Assembly: GCA_965116885.1 (NCBI GenBank)
Contig: OZ220741.1
Location: forward strand, 736,001-800,000
DNA from: Candidatus Latescibacterota bacterium
GTDB lineage: Bacteria; Latescibacterota; UBA2968
Direction: 5' to 3'
Length of the DNA: 64,000 bases
Shown here: positions 7,405-18,185 of the stretch, piece by piece
Layout of the letters: each line of letters starts with the position of its first letter
Numbering within the stretch: position 1 is the stretch's first letter
Position numbers and translations under genes: made by a program
The notes under the pieces: generated by a model
What the model saw: only the letters and a program-made list of their open reading frames with translations
Database searches by the model: none
What the model was told of the DNA's origin: nothing

Positions 7405-9453
7405 ATGTTGTTTGCGGACTCGCAAATCATGGGCACATTCAAAGGGTTCAATGAACGCGGCCTGGAGTTTGCAGCCGAAATCGTTGCTCCATACGATGCA
7501 AGCATGCTTGACCGGCCACAACTCGGCCAGTTTCTTCTCGTCGAACTCGGGTCACAAGAGGAAGCATCTCTCGGACGTATAACTCGCTTCGTCCCTTCCG
7601 GATTGTTAGCGACACCGGAAGGAGAAGATTACGTAAACACAATGCAGCGTAGGCAGCAAGAGGTCCCCGAGGATCTGAAGGAGCAACGTCTCAAATATCG
7701 CGTCCAGGTGAAATTGCTCGGAGCAGTCCGCACAACCGATAACGGAATCATATACGTTCCTTCGCAACGCAGACTACCGCATCTCGGTGCTCGTGTCGCC
7801 TTGCCCAGCGCTCAAGTTCTGCAAGAACTCTGCAAACTAAGCCAAGGCGAGACGGAGTTGGGAGTGTACGTATTGGGTGAATTCGTATTCAGCGGTACTG
7901 AACACGACCAAACCCAGCCAGAACTAATATCATTTAATCCACGTCTTCAAGTCACCTTCGACATAAACAATCTCGTTTCCCGACGCTCTGTCGTCTTTGC
8001 ACGTGCAGGCTATGGAAAGTCCAATCTCGTCAAGTTCCTTATTGCGGAGTTGTATCAAAAACAACCGATGACCTCTAACAACCGTCCTGTCGGCACACTA
8101 ATTTTCGACCCTGATGGAGAGTACTTTTGGCCTGACCGTGTAGCGGATCGTCCAGGGTTATGCGATGTGCCAAACTTAAAAGAACGACTCTTAGTGTTCA
8201 CCAACAGACCGGCTCCAAACGCATACTATGGCAGTTGGAAAGCTGGCGAGGTGAAGCTCGACATTCGAGACCTCTCCCCACGTGATGTAATCAGTATCGC
8301 AATTTCTTCTGATCGCCAAACCCAACAAAATGTGCTCAAGCTCAAGAGCGTCTCCGATTCTAACTGGCGTAAACTTGTTGATCTGACCCATCAACAGGGA
8401 CTACAGGCCAGTGATGAGGAAGTCGGTCAACTCCTTGGCTATACCGGGTCACAAATCTCTCAGAACGTAGCAGAAATTGGGGCTGCTCGTAGCAACATGT
8501 CTGGCGTAGTACGTACCCTCCATGACCCGGACAGCCAAGTGCTGTCGGGAACGCTACAAGCTTTGGCGAACGGGAGAATTGTTGTAATTGATATCAGCTT
8601 ATTGAGTTCGAGTGCTGGCAATATGCTCGCCGGACTGCTTCTCCGTAGAATATTCTCGCACAATCAGGAGCACTTCACGGGTGGAGATCCCATCATTCCC
8701 GTTGTTGCCATTGTGGAAGAGGCACAAAGTGTCCTTGGTCGTAATCTGGACGATACCAGTCCCTATGTCGAATGGGTGAAGGAAGGACGCAAGTACGATC
8801 TGGGAGCCATGCTTATCACACAACAACCGGGTGCGATGGCACCCGAACTACTTAGTCAGGCGGACAACTGGTTCTGTTTTCATTTACTCTCGGAAGGTGA
8901 TGCCAGTATTCTCGGAAGGTATAACTCTCATTACTCATCAGATATTCTCGCTCATCTTATCGCAGAACCTATTCCTGGTAACTGCTACATGTGGAGCGCA
9001 CCCCACCAACCCTTTGTTCTTCCCGTTCGCCTACGTGATTTTGGTGAAATCTATAAAGACAATATATGCAAAGATGAACAGGCGCAAGCCATTGAAGGCA
9101 CAGGTGCTAAAGAAGTGATTAAAGCAACTTCGGACGCAATGGCTCGCATTAAAGACAATATGGTGGAGCAATTGAAGGATCGCAGTACCAAGTACTATGT
9201 GGTCCCTAACAGGGTCAATGAGAGGCAAGAGTTACTTGGGATATCTGATGGGCAATTGTACTACCTCATCAAAAATAGCAAAAATCCTGAAGATAGCCGG
9301 ACAGAAAATGAACTAAAACGCCCAATTCTCACACTGTTGCTCGGCGAAGGAAATCTTCATATAGTCGAACATGATAGCAAGCAGTACTATTGCGCGACCC
9401 CTCAGGACTGGGAGCGCGTGATAGGAAGGCAACCGCCGCGCTCATACCTATAA
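7405..9453 (+). CDS. HerA/FtsK-like ATPase (HAS barrel + DUF87)
   Basis: Walker A ARAGYGKS, IFDPDGEY, Walker B IVEEAQ, KEGRKY, ITQQP, LLSQ; AAGGAGG RBS. Confidence 0.9.
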   Translation: MLFADSQIMGTFKGFNERGLEFAAEIVAPYDASMLDRPQLGQFLLVELGSQEEASLGRITRFVPSGLLATPEGEDYVNTMQRRQQEVPEDLKEQRLKYRVQVKLLGAVRTTDNGIIYVPSQRRLPHLGARVALPSAQVLQELCKLSQGETELGVYVLGEFVFSGTEHDQTQPELISFNPRLQVTFDINNLVSRRSVVFARAGYGKSNLVKFLIAELYQKQPMTSNNRPVGTLIFDPDGEYFWPDRVADRPGLCDVPNLKERLLVFTNRPAPNAYYGSWKAGEVKLDIRDLSPRDVISIAISSDRQTQQNVLKLKSVSDSNWRKLVDLTHQQGLQASDEEVGQLLGYTGSQISQNVAEIGAARSNMSGVVRTLHDPDSQVLSGTLQALANGRIVVIDISLLSSSAGNMLAGLLLRRIFSHNQEHFTGGDPIIPVVAIVEEAQSVLGRNLDDTSPYVEWVKEGRKYDLGAMLITQQPGAMAPELLSQADNWFCFHLLSEGDASILGRYNSHYSSDILAHLIAEPIPGNCYMWSAPHQPFVLPVRLRDFGEIYKDNICKDEQAQAIEGTGAKEVIKATSDAMARIKDNMVEQLKDRSTKYYVVPNRVNERQELLGISDGQLYYLIKNSKNPEDSRTENELKRPILTLLLGEGNLHIVEHDSKQYYCATPQDWERVIGRQPPRSYL

Positions 9454-9660
9454 TATGAGCGTGACGGGCCGGACAAGACAGCGAACTCTACATCAAGTAG
9501 CGCACGGAACGGTAAGCAATTAAAAGCGAAATGACTTAACCGCTGGCTCATATGGATCAAATGCGCCAACCTCGCGTGCGTGTTTGCACTATTCGCCATC
9601 AAAAAAATATAATAATCTACACAGAACAAAAGCCGTTATACGGCAGGAAGCGAGAAAGAG

Positions 9661-10422
9661 ATGCCTGATCAGTCGCACCTGGATGACCGTTATTTTGTGG
9701 ACAATACTGTCTATAATTGCCCTTTTTGCAACCGTCGAAATGTCTCGTATTACATATATGATAAGGTATCTTTTGATTGGACTGAGGACAAACCCTGTCA
9801 TGTTTACTTTGCCCGATGTGGTTCGTGCAGCGGAAAATCAATGCATTTGTCCTTTAGAGACTTGAAACTATATGGTATAGGCGATGGACGTAGTTCTCTA
9901 TTCTTATCTTCTCAGATGTCTTCAGAGTCACTTGATGATCAGTTTTTTTATTCCGTTCCAACATCTTTTTTTGTTTTGGATAAACGCATTCCCCGAATTC
10001 TGCGTGAGCTTCTCATCGAGGCCGAGGGTTCTCTCAAGAGTAACTTTCTAACCGGTGCCTCAGCTTGTGCTCGTAAGATCATCTATGAACTGGGATCGCT
10101 TCAAGAGGTTGATGGTGACAATTACGAAGATCGTATCAAATCACTTAAAGACAAACATCCGGAAGTAGAGCCGACGTATTTTGACACGCTCCTTACAATC
10201 CAACAGGTGACAAGTTCCAAGGTTCATGAGGATTCATACGATGGCTGGAAGTCGCAACATTTACAAATTATCCTTGCATCCCTTCGAGAAATTCTTCACG
10301 AGTTATATGTAGTGCCAGCATTGCGCGATGACAGGAGAAAATCAATTCTGGATTTAAAAAAGGAGTTGATTCCAGAGGATGTTTCAGTATCGGAGAGCAG
10401 CGATGAAGAGACAGGCACCTGA
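9661..10422 (+). CDS. Zn-ribbon plus DUF4145 (HEPN-like) protein
   Basis: CPFC...CGSC N-terminus; IPxxLRELLIEA..SL...GASACARKIIYE...KVH helical C-terminal domain. Confidence 0.6.
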   Translation: MPDQSHLDDRYFVDNTVYNCPFCNRRNVSYYIYDKVSFDWTEDKPCHVYFARCGSCSGKSMHLSFRDLKLYGIGDGRSSLFLSSQMSSESLDDQFFYSVPTSFFVLDKRIPRILRELLIEAEGSLKSNFLTGASACARKIIYELGSLQEVDGDNYEDRIKSLKDKHPEVEPTYFDTLLTIQQVTSSKVHEDSYDGWKSQHLQIILASLREILHELYVVPALRDDRRKSILDLKKELIPEDVSVSESSDEETGT

Positions 10423-10460
10423 CAAGTGTACCATCAGATGAATTTGTAGATTTTAACGAT

Positions 10461-10751
10461 ATGATTATTCGTTCTGTTCGCCATAGAGGCTTGCGCCATC
10501 TGCTTGAGGATAATAATCCCAGGTTCCTGCGACAAGACTTGGTTGACCGGGTACGCAAAATTTTGACGGCCCTGATCCTCGCCGAACTTATGGACAACTT
10601 TATCGCCAATGCACCACCCGGCTGGCGTATCCATCGGCTCTCAGGTGACCGGCAGAGTGAATGGAGCATTTCGGTATCTGGCAATTGGCGGATTACCTTT
10701 ACACAAGATGGCGAATACATTGACCGCTTGAATTTGGAGGATTATCACTAA
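10461..10751 (+). CDS. higB: HigB-like (RelE/ParE superfamily) toxin
   Basis: IRSVRHRGL, PPGWRIHRLSGDR, WSISVSGNWRITF and C-terminal EDYH. Confidence 0.9.
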   Translation: MIIRSVRHRGLRHLLEDNNPRFLRQDLVDRVRKILTALILAELMDNFIANAPPGWRIHRLSGDRQSEWSISVSGNWRITFTQDGEYIDRLNLEDYH

Positions 10752-11056
10752 TGGCTGACAACGGCATTGAAATAACCATGACACCTTCGCATCCCGGAGA
10801 TTTCATCCGCACGGAAATTGTCGAGGAACTGGGCTTGAGTGTTACAGAGGCAGCCGAGATTCTGGACGTTCATCGAGCCACTCTTTCCGACCTGTTGAAC
10901 AGCAATACAACCCTATCAGCGGAGATGGCACTGCGTATTGAGAAAGCCTTTGGCATCAGCATGGATACACTGTTGCGAATGCAAGCGTGGTACGACGCCG
11001 CGCAAATGCGGGCGCGTGCTAATGAGATAGAAGTCAAACGCTATCAACCTGCTTGA
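10751..11056 (+). CDS. higA: HigA antitoxin (XRE HTH)
   Basis: HPGDFI, LGLSVTEAA..L.V.R.TLS, SAEMALRIEKAFG, LRMQ; start overlaps the higB stop (TAATG). Confidence 0.9.
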   Translation: MADNGIEITMTPSHPGDFIRTEIVEELGLSVTEAAEILDVHRATLSDLLNSNTTLSAEMALRIEKAFGISMDTLLRMQAWYDAAQMRARANEIEVKRYQPA

Positions 11057-11097
11057 AAACAACCGCAGACGAACTTCGATTTTTTGAGAAAAAAACA

Positions 11098-11316
11098 ATG
11101 AAAATATCTTATGATCGGGAAGTGGATGCGCTGTACATTTGCTTCAAAGAAACAACCGTTACAACGAAACATCTCGAAGATGGTATTGCGCTGGATTACG
11201 ATGAGGAAGACCGCCTCGCGGGCATTGAAATTCTCGACGCCCTGAAGCGGCTGGATGATCCAGAGATATTCAAACAGGTCATCATTGAAGACATCGCACT
11301 CGGTGAAATCCGTTAG
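11098..11316 (+). CDS. DUF2283 family small protein
   Basis: MKISYDREVDALYI...LDYD..GIEILDA pattern. Confidence 0.8.
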   Translation: MKISYDREVDALYICFKETTVTTKHLEDGIALDYDEEDRLAGIEILDALKRLDDPEIFKQVIIEDIALGEIR

Positions 11317-11329
11317 TTATAAATTTGCT

Positions 11330-11959
11330 ATGAATCTTGAGAACAAAATACTTTTAACGCCCGATACTTCTAACTATCCAGCGGCATTACAGCGTTGTTC
11401 CGATAATGGGTGTCTGCCGACGGTCACAGCGCAGGGCAACCTCGATTTACTCGACAGTACATTGCTCGGCTTCTTCTGCTCGGTGCGCTCACCCGGCGAT
11501 ACAATCCTCAAGACCTACGATCTTGCGCGGACACTCCGGGATACAGACGCGACAATCATCGGCGGTTTTCAGTCGCCAATGGAAAAGGAGTGTCTGGATT
11601 TGTTGTTGCGGGGCACGGCACCCGTCGTCGTCTGCCCGGCGCGGGGACTCAATCGCATGCCGAAAAGCTGGCAGAAACCGCTCGCCGAAGGACGCATGCT
11701 AATTCTTTCCTTTTTCAACGGCAACATCCATCGCCCAACCGCAGCCATAGCAACCCGGCGCAACGCGTACATCGCCGCACTCGCCGACCGCATCCTCATC
11801 GCCCATGCAGAACCGGGTGGCAAAACAGAGACCCTGTGCAAGAACGCGCTGGCTCAAAACAAGCCGGTGTTCGTCCTGGACTCACCTGACAATGCCCACC
11901 TCATAGAACTCGGCACCATACCTATCCCGGCTGACAGCCTCGAAAAATTTACCTCTTGA
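11330..11959 (+). CDS. Stand-alone DprA/SMF (SLOG) domain protein
   Basis: YPxxL, GNLDLL, IIGGFQSPMEK, RRNAYIAALAD, AEPGGKT; lacks the SAM and winged-helix domains of full DprA. Confidence 0.75.
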   Translation: MNLENKILLTPDTSNYPAALQRCSDNGCLPTVTAQGNLDLLDSTLLGFFCSVRSPGDTILKTYDLARTLRDTDATIIGGFQSPMEKECLDLLLRGTAPVVVCPARGLNRMPKSWQKPLAEGRMLILSFFNGNIHRPTAAIATRRNAYIAALADRILIAHAEPGGKTETLCKNALAQNKPVFVLDSPDNAHLIELGTIPIPADSLEKFTS

Positions 11960-11991
11960 CCAAAAAGTAATTTTTAAATACCGTCTTTCTA

Positions 11992-13896
11992 ATGAAACTA
12001 ATCTATTTTCTCATTCCCTTACTCTTTTGTGGTTGTCTCGCACCCGATCCAGGGCACCGTGCAAAAACGGGTGAAGCCGCACAATCCAACGCGGCGATCC
12101 ACGAAACGCGCGCACCCGTACAAATCGACCCAAAAATCCTGATCAACCGCACCTTTGGGGAAGCTCCCATCCTCGCCGAAAAAGTAAAAAACGGAGAACT
12201 CCCTGCCGTATCTGAACGCCTGCCTGAAAATCCACTCATCGTCGTCCCCCTGGACACCATCGGACAATACGGCGGCGTCTTGCGACGCGCACTCACAGGC
12301 GACATCATCCAAACAGCGGGAACCAACAAAACACTGAGCGAAAACCTCATGGGATTTTCGCGTCCCCTGCCCGACAGCATCGTACACAACCTCGCGGAGA
12401 GTTTTGAATTTCGCGACGAAGGCCGAACCGCAATTTTCAAAATCCGCAAAGGCATCAAATGGTCAGACGGCGTACCATTTACAGTTGACGACATATTGTT
12501 CTGGTACTACGACATGACCTTTGACGACAACGCCCGCCCCCACAACCAGCCCGTGCCCCCCTCAGTGTGGGTCGTCGATGGCAAACCCATTGACCTCAAA
12601 AAAATCGACGACCACACCCTTGAAGTCTCATCATCCAAACCCCTCGGCCGCGTATTACACGCCCTGTGCTTAGACGTCATAGCACAGCCCAAACACCATC
12701 TGTCACACCTGCACCCCCGCTACAACCCCGAAGCGACATACGAAGAATTTCGAGAACAAGCCACCAATGCCATGGTCATCATGAAACCCGGCATGCCGCG
12801 CCTATCCGCATGGGTCCCCGTCGAATGGATCCGCGGGCAACGCATCGTTTATGCGCGCAACCCCTACTATTGGAAAATCGACACAGCCGGCAATCAATTG
12901 CCATACGCGGACCGCATCGAATTTACCGTCATCCAGGACCCCCAGGTTATCCTGCTCAAATTTGTCAACGGCGAACTCGACCTGTTTGGCCGCTACTCTC
13001 GCATCAACATGTTTCCCACCCTGCGCACGGAAGAAAAAAAGGGCAAATTCAAATTGCGGATCACCGGTCCAGACCGAGGTCCCGCCTATTACCTCAATTG
13101 GGACACCCCAAAACCCGCCCTGCGAGAAGCCTTTCGCAACCGCGACGTACGCATAGCCCTGTCTTATGCGATCAACCGCGAAGAAATCAACCAGATCGTC
13201 TATCACGGCCTCCTCGACCCCGCGGGCTACTCCTTCGCGCCCTCTAACCCGCACTATTCAGAAGCCGCCTATCGCAAATACGCCAAATTCGACCCCGACA
13301 AATCCCACGACCTCCTCGACAAAGCCGGATACCGCGACACAGATGGCGATGGTTGGCGCGAACTCAAAGACGGATCGCGTTTTGAACTCAACATCGATGT
13401 CGTCCCCGGCGTTGGCGTCGATGTTTCCGAACTCGTCTCCGAACACTGGCGCGACATCGGCATCAAAGCCAACCTGAACATTTCCCTGCGCGACATTGTA
13501 TGGCCCCGCCGCCTCAACGGCGAATTTGACATTCACCACTGGGGCCTCGAAGGCCCCGCCGACCCCCTGGGCCGCCTCAATGACTGGGCAATTATGGCAC
13601 CCACCGTCCCCTTCTGGCACCGCAACGCCTCCAAAGAAGGTCCCGCGTGGTTGCACGAAGCCACAACGCGCATTAAAAAAGTATTGACAACCGTAGATCC
13701 CATAGCCGTTCATGAACACATGACAAAAGTGCGCGACCTCCACACCGACAACGTACCCGTCATCGTCGTCGGCTCCGCCTATTCCATCTGGGGAGCCAGC
13801 ACGCGACTCGGCAATGTCCCCATGCAGGGCAGCGCCGCCGACGTACACCGCGGTTGGGGTCGCCCCGTATTTCACGAACAGATATTTATCAAATAG
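11992..13896 (+). CDS. ABC transporter substrate-binding lipoprotein (family 5)
   Basis: Lipobox LFCGC; GELPAVSERLPENP, KWSDGVPFTVDD, RNPYYWKIDTAGNQLPY. Confidence 0.9.
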   Translation: MKLIYFLIPLLFCGCLAPDPGHRAKTGEAAQSNAAIHETRAPVQIDPKILINRTFGEAPILAEKVKNGELPAVSERLPENPLIVVPLDTIGQYGGVLRRALTGDIIQTAGTNKTLSENLMGFSRPLPDSIVHNLAESFEFRDEGRTAIFKIRKGIKWSDGVPFTVDDILFWYYDMTFDDNARPHNQPVPPSVWVVDGKPIDLKKIDDHTLEVSSSKPLGRVLHALCLDVIAQPKHHLSHLHPRYNPEATYEEFREQATNAMVIMKPGMPRLSAWVPVEWIRGQRIVYARNPYYWKIDTAGNQLPYADRIEFTVIQDPQVILLKFVNGELDLFGRYSRINMFPTLRTEEKKGKFKLRITGPDRGPAYYLNWDTPKPALREAFRNRDVRIALSYAINREEINQIVYHGLLDPAGYSFAPSNPHYSEAAYRKYAKFDPDKSHDLLDKAGYRDTDGDGWRELKDGSRFELNIDVVPGVGVDVSELVSEHWRDIGIKANLNISLRDIVWPRRLNGEFDIHHWGLEGPADPLGRLNDWAIMAPTVPFWHRNASKEGPAWLHEATTRIKKVLTTVDPIAVHEHMTKVRDLHTDNVPVIVVGSAYSIWGASTRLGNVPMQGSAADVHRGWGRPVFHEQIFIK

Positions 13897-13900
13897 CGAT

Positions 13901-14899
13901 ATGACCAACTACATCATCCGCCGTCTATTGCACATGATCCCCACGCTGATCCTGATCTCAATGGTCAGCTTTGTGGTCATACAAGCACCACCGGGCGATA
14001 TGCTCACCTCTCGCCTCGCCGAATTGGCCGAACAGGGCGAACTCGGATCTGAAAGTGCAATGGCGCAAATCGACGCCCTGCGCGAACGCTATGGCCTCAA
14101 CGACCCGATCTATGTGCAATACATCCACTGGATCTGGAAAATCGTCAGCGAAGGCGACTTCGGACAATCCTTCACATACGAAATGGACGTGATGGAACTC
14201 CTGGCCGAACGTCTGGGACTCACACTTACTCTCACACTCTCCACATTGATCTTCACCTGGATCGTCGCCATACCCATTGGCATCTACTCTGCCACCCGAC
14301 AGTATTCGATAGGCGATTACGGCTTTACCTTTCTCGGATTCATCGGTCTGGCCACGCCAAACTTTTTGCTGGCTCTGGTTATTATGTTCATTCAAGTCGC
14401 CGTCTTCGAAGCCGAATCCGTAGGCGGCCTTCTCTCTCCCGAATACATAGGCGCTGCCTGGTCGTGGGCAAAATTTGTCGATCTCCTCAAGCATATATGG
14501 GTCCCCATCATCGTCATCGGCACGGGCAGCACAGCGGGCATCATCCGCATTATGCGCGGCAACCTGCTCGACATACTCGGCCAACAGCACATTCAAACCG
14601 GGCGCGCCAAGGGCCTCAAAGAAGGCAAAGTCATCGTCAAATACGGCGTGCGCATCGCCATCAACCCCCTCGTCAGCCGCCTGGGCCTCGAACTGCCCAG
14701 CCTGCTCTCTGGCGCCGTTGTCACCGGCATCGTACTCGGCCTGCCAACAGCTGGCCCCATTTTTCTCACCGCACTCACATCTCAAGACATGTATCTGGCA
14801 GGTGCATTCCTGCTCCTATCCGCCACCTTCTTGCTCATCGGCAACTTATTAGCCGATATTCTCCTGGCATGGCTCGATCCGAGGATTCGCTATGAGTAG
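13901..14899 (+). CDS. ABC transporter permease (OppB/DppB-like)
   Basis: YIIRRLL, GDFGQSF, TGRAKGL loop; multiple TM helices. Confidence 0.9.
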   Translation: MTNYIIRRLLHMIPTLILISMVSFVVIQAPPGDMLTSRLAELAEQGELGSESAMAQIDALRERYGLNDPIYVQYIHWIWKIVSEGDFGQSFTYEMDVMELLAERLGLTLTLTLSTLIFTWIVAIPIGIYSATRQYSIGDYGFTFLGFIGLATPNFLLALVIMFIQVAVFEAESVGGLLSPEYIGAAWSWAKFVDLLKHIWVPIIVIGTGSTAGIIRIMRGNLLDILGQQHIQTGRAKGLKEGKVIVKYGVRIAINPLVSRLGLELPSLLSGAVVTGIVLGLPTAGPIFLTALTSQDMYLAGAFLLLSATFLLIGNLLADILLAWLDPRIRYE

Positions 14900-16034
14900 T
14901 TTCGTCGAAACACCTCTCGACGAGCGCGTGGAAACCCTCGTTGAAGAAAATACAACCACCGCCACCTATTCACAGCGCCAGCTCATCTGGCGGCGTTTCA
15001 AAAAACACCGCGCCGGAGTCATTGGTGGATGTGTGGTCATCTTTCTCTACATCTGCGTCTTTCTGGGCGAATTTCTTGCCCCACACGACCCGGCGCATCG
15101 TTATTACGACTATGTACACTTGCCCGCCCAGCGCATCCACATATTCTCTCAAGACGGCATCCACTGGCCTTTTGTCTATGGCATCAAAAAATCTTTTGAC
15201 CTGCAAACCGGTATCAAAACCTATACCGAAGACGCCTCTGTGCGCTATCCCGTGTACCCCTTTGCGCGAGGTGCCGAATACACATTCTATGGCCTCTTTA
15301 CCACCGACATCCACATGTTTGGCACCGGCAAAGGCAATCCCCTGTTCCTCCTTGGCACCGACCGCTTTGGGCGCGACATGCTCTCGCGCATCATCGCAGG
15401 AGGCCGCATCTCCCTCACCATTGGCCTGCTCGCCGTATTCATCAGCCTCACCCTCGGCTCTACACTCGGTGTGATCTCTGGCTATTACGGCGGCAATATC
15501 GACAATATCATCCAGCGCATCATCGAACTCATCTTCGCATTTCCATCTATCCCCATCCTCATGGCCCTCAGCGCAATATTGCCCCCCGAATGGCCTTCGC
15601 ATCTGGTCTTCATGGGCATTGTCACCGTACTCGCGCTCGTGGGATGGGGCGGACTCGCCCGTGAAATACGCGGCAAAACTCTGTCCATCCGCGAAGCCGA
15701 CTTTGTACTGGCCGCCCGCGTGGCTGGCGCCAAAGACCACCGCATCATCTTTCGACACCTGCTACCGTCCATGTTCAGCCACATCATCGTCATAGCAACC
15801 CTCGCTATTCCCGGATTTATCCTCGGCGAAAGCACATTGAGTTTTCTGGGCCTGGGCATCAAACCGCCCATGACCTCCTGGGGACTGCTCTTATCCGACG
15901 CCATGAACATTCACTCGCTCAGTCTCTATCCCTGGCTTCTCATACCGGGAGTCTGCATCATCATCGCCGTCCTCGCCTTCAACTTTCTCGGCGATGGCCT
16001 GCGCGATGCAGCCGATCCTTATTCAAGCAGATAA
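14892..16034 (+). CDS. ABC transporter permease (OppC/DppC-like)
   Basis: LGTDRFGRDMLSR, FVLAARVAGA, ESTLSFLGLG, GDGLRDAADP. Confidence 0.9.
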   Translation: MSSFVETPLDERVETLVEENTTTATYSQRQLIWRRFKKHRAGVIGGCVVIFLYICVFLGEFLAPHDPAHRYYDYVHLPAQRIHIFSQDGIHWPFVYGIKKSFDLQTGIKTYTEDASVRYPVYPFARGAEYTFYGLFTTDIHMFGTGKGNPLFLLGTDRFGRDMLSRIIAGGRISLTIGLLAVFISLTLGSTLGVISGYYGGNIDNIIQRIIELIFAFPSIPILMALSAILPPEWPSHLVFMGIVTVLALVGWGGLAREIRGKTLSIREADFVLAARVAGAKDHRIIFRHLLPSMFSHIIVIATLAIPGFILGESTLSFLGLGIKPPMTSWGLLLSDAMNIHSLSLYPWLLIPGVCIIIAVLAFNFLGDGLRDAADPYSSR

Positions 16035-16037
16035 AAT

Positions 16038-17024
16038 ATGACCCAATCGCTCTTAGACATACGCGACCTCAAAACCTATTTTCACACCGACGATGGCGTC
16101 GTGCGCGCGGTCGATGGCGTATCTCTATCCATAGCGCCCCAAAAAACACTCGGCGTGGTCGGCGAATCCGGCTGTGGAAAAAGCATCACCGCCTTTTCAA
16201 CCATGCGCCTCATCCCGAGTCCCCCGGGCAAAATCGAACACGGGCAAATCCTCTTTCACAAAGACCCCGAAAGCGATCCCATTGACCTGACACAACTCAA
16301 CCCCAAAGGCACGCAGATGCGCGACATCCGCGGGAATGACATCGCCATGATTTTTCAGGAGCCTATGACCTCTCTCAGCCCTGTACACACCGTGGGCAAT
16401 CAAATTTCCGAAGCGATCATGCTGCATCAAAATGCAGACAAAAAAGAAGCCCGCGAACGCGCCATCGATGCCCTCAACAAAGTGCGCCTACCGCGTCCCG
16501 ACCGCCAGGTCGATGCGTATCCCCATGAACTCTCAGGTGGCATGCGCCAGCGCGCTATGATCGCAATGGCCCTCTCGTGCAACCCCAGCTTACTCATCGC
16601 CGACGAACCCACGACAGCCCTCGATGTCACAGTCCAGGCCCAAATCCTGGACCTGATGCGCCATCTCCAATCCGACATCGGCATGGCGATCATGCTCATC
16701 ACCCACGACCTCGGCGTCGTCGCCAGCATGGCCGATTATGTCGCAGTAATGTACCTGGGCAAAATCGTCGAATACGCCGACACGCGCACCGTCTTCAAAA
16801 ATCCACGCCATCCCTACACCAGGGGCCTGCTAAACTCCATCCCACAAGTGGGCCAAAAACGCCGCCTGGTACCCATTGAAGGCACAATCCCCGACCCTTT
16901 TGAAATCCCACAGGGCTGTGCCTTTGCCCCTCGGTGCCCGCACGCAATGGACAAGTGCCGCGAAGAACCGCAACTCCTCGAAATCGAATCGGGGCATCGC
17001 GTCAGTTGCTGGCTGGAAAACTGA
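16038..17024 (+). CDS. ABC transporter ATP-binding protein (OppD-like)
   Basis: [27 protein letters not shown]-terminal Cys cluster. Confidence 0.92.
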   Translation: MTQSLLDIRDLKTYFHTDDGVVRAVDGVSLSIAPQKTLGVVGESGCGKSITAFSTMRLIPSPPGKIEHGQILFHKDPESDPIDLTQLNPKGTQMRDIRGNDIAMIFQEPMTSLSPVHTVGNQISEAIMLHQNADKKEARERAIDALNKVRLPRPDRQVDAYPHELSGGMRQRAMIAMALSCNPSLLIADEPTTALDVTVQAQILDLMRHLQSDIGMAIMLITHDLGVVASMADYVAVMYLGKIVEYADTRTVFKNPRHPYTRGLLNSIPQVGQKRRLVPIEGTIPDPFEIPQGCAFAPRCPHAMDKCREEPQLLEIESGHRVSCWLEN

Positions 17025-17047
17025 CCGCTTCGCAAATGGAATCGGAC

Positions 17048-18076
<1,029 letters not shown>

Positions 18077-18100
18077 AAGTCGTTTTAAAACCAAAGCAAC

Positions 18101-18130
18101 CACCGATGAACACCGATAAACACAGATAAA
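18101..18130 (+). repeat. Three tandem 10-mers (CACMGATRAA)
   Basis: caccgatgaa caccgataaa cacagataaa. Confidence 0.8.
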
Positions 18131-18152
18131 AGGCACCGTCCATCACCATCCC

Positions 18153-18180
18153 TTGACTTGATACTATTATTTAGTATATT
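18153..18180 (+). promoter_or_regulatory. Promoter with an embedded palindromic operator; probably a leaderless TA transcript
   Basis: TTGACT-16 nt-TATATT, ATG 5 nt downstream; inverted repeat atacta-ttatt-tagtat at 18161-18177. Confidence 0.65.
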
Positions 18181-18185
18181 CAAAA

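Noticed and set aside
5051..9453. Canonical Druantia type I system
   Set aside because: Only a DruA-like gene is present; no DruE helicase or DruB-D in the window.
9447..9645. Possible integron attC site before the DUF4145 gene (GTTATAC)
   Set aside because: No matching RYYYAAC at a suitable distance, the span is too long, and there is no integrase or second site.
13814..13900. N-terminal extensions in the ORF track (also 16934, 35309, 43696, 4451, 11255)
   Set aside because: They overlap upstream genes or precede better RBS/family-consistent starts, so starts were trimmed.
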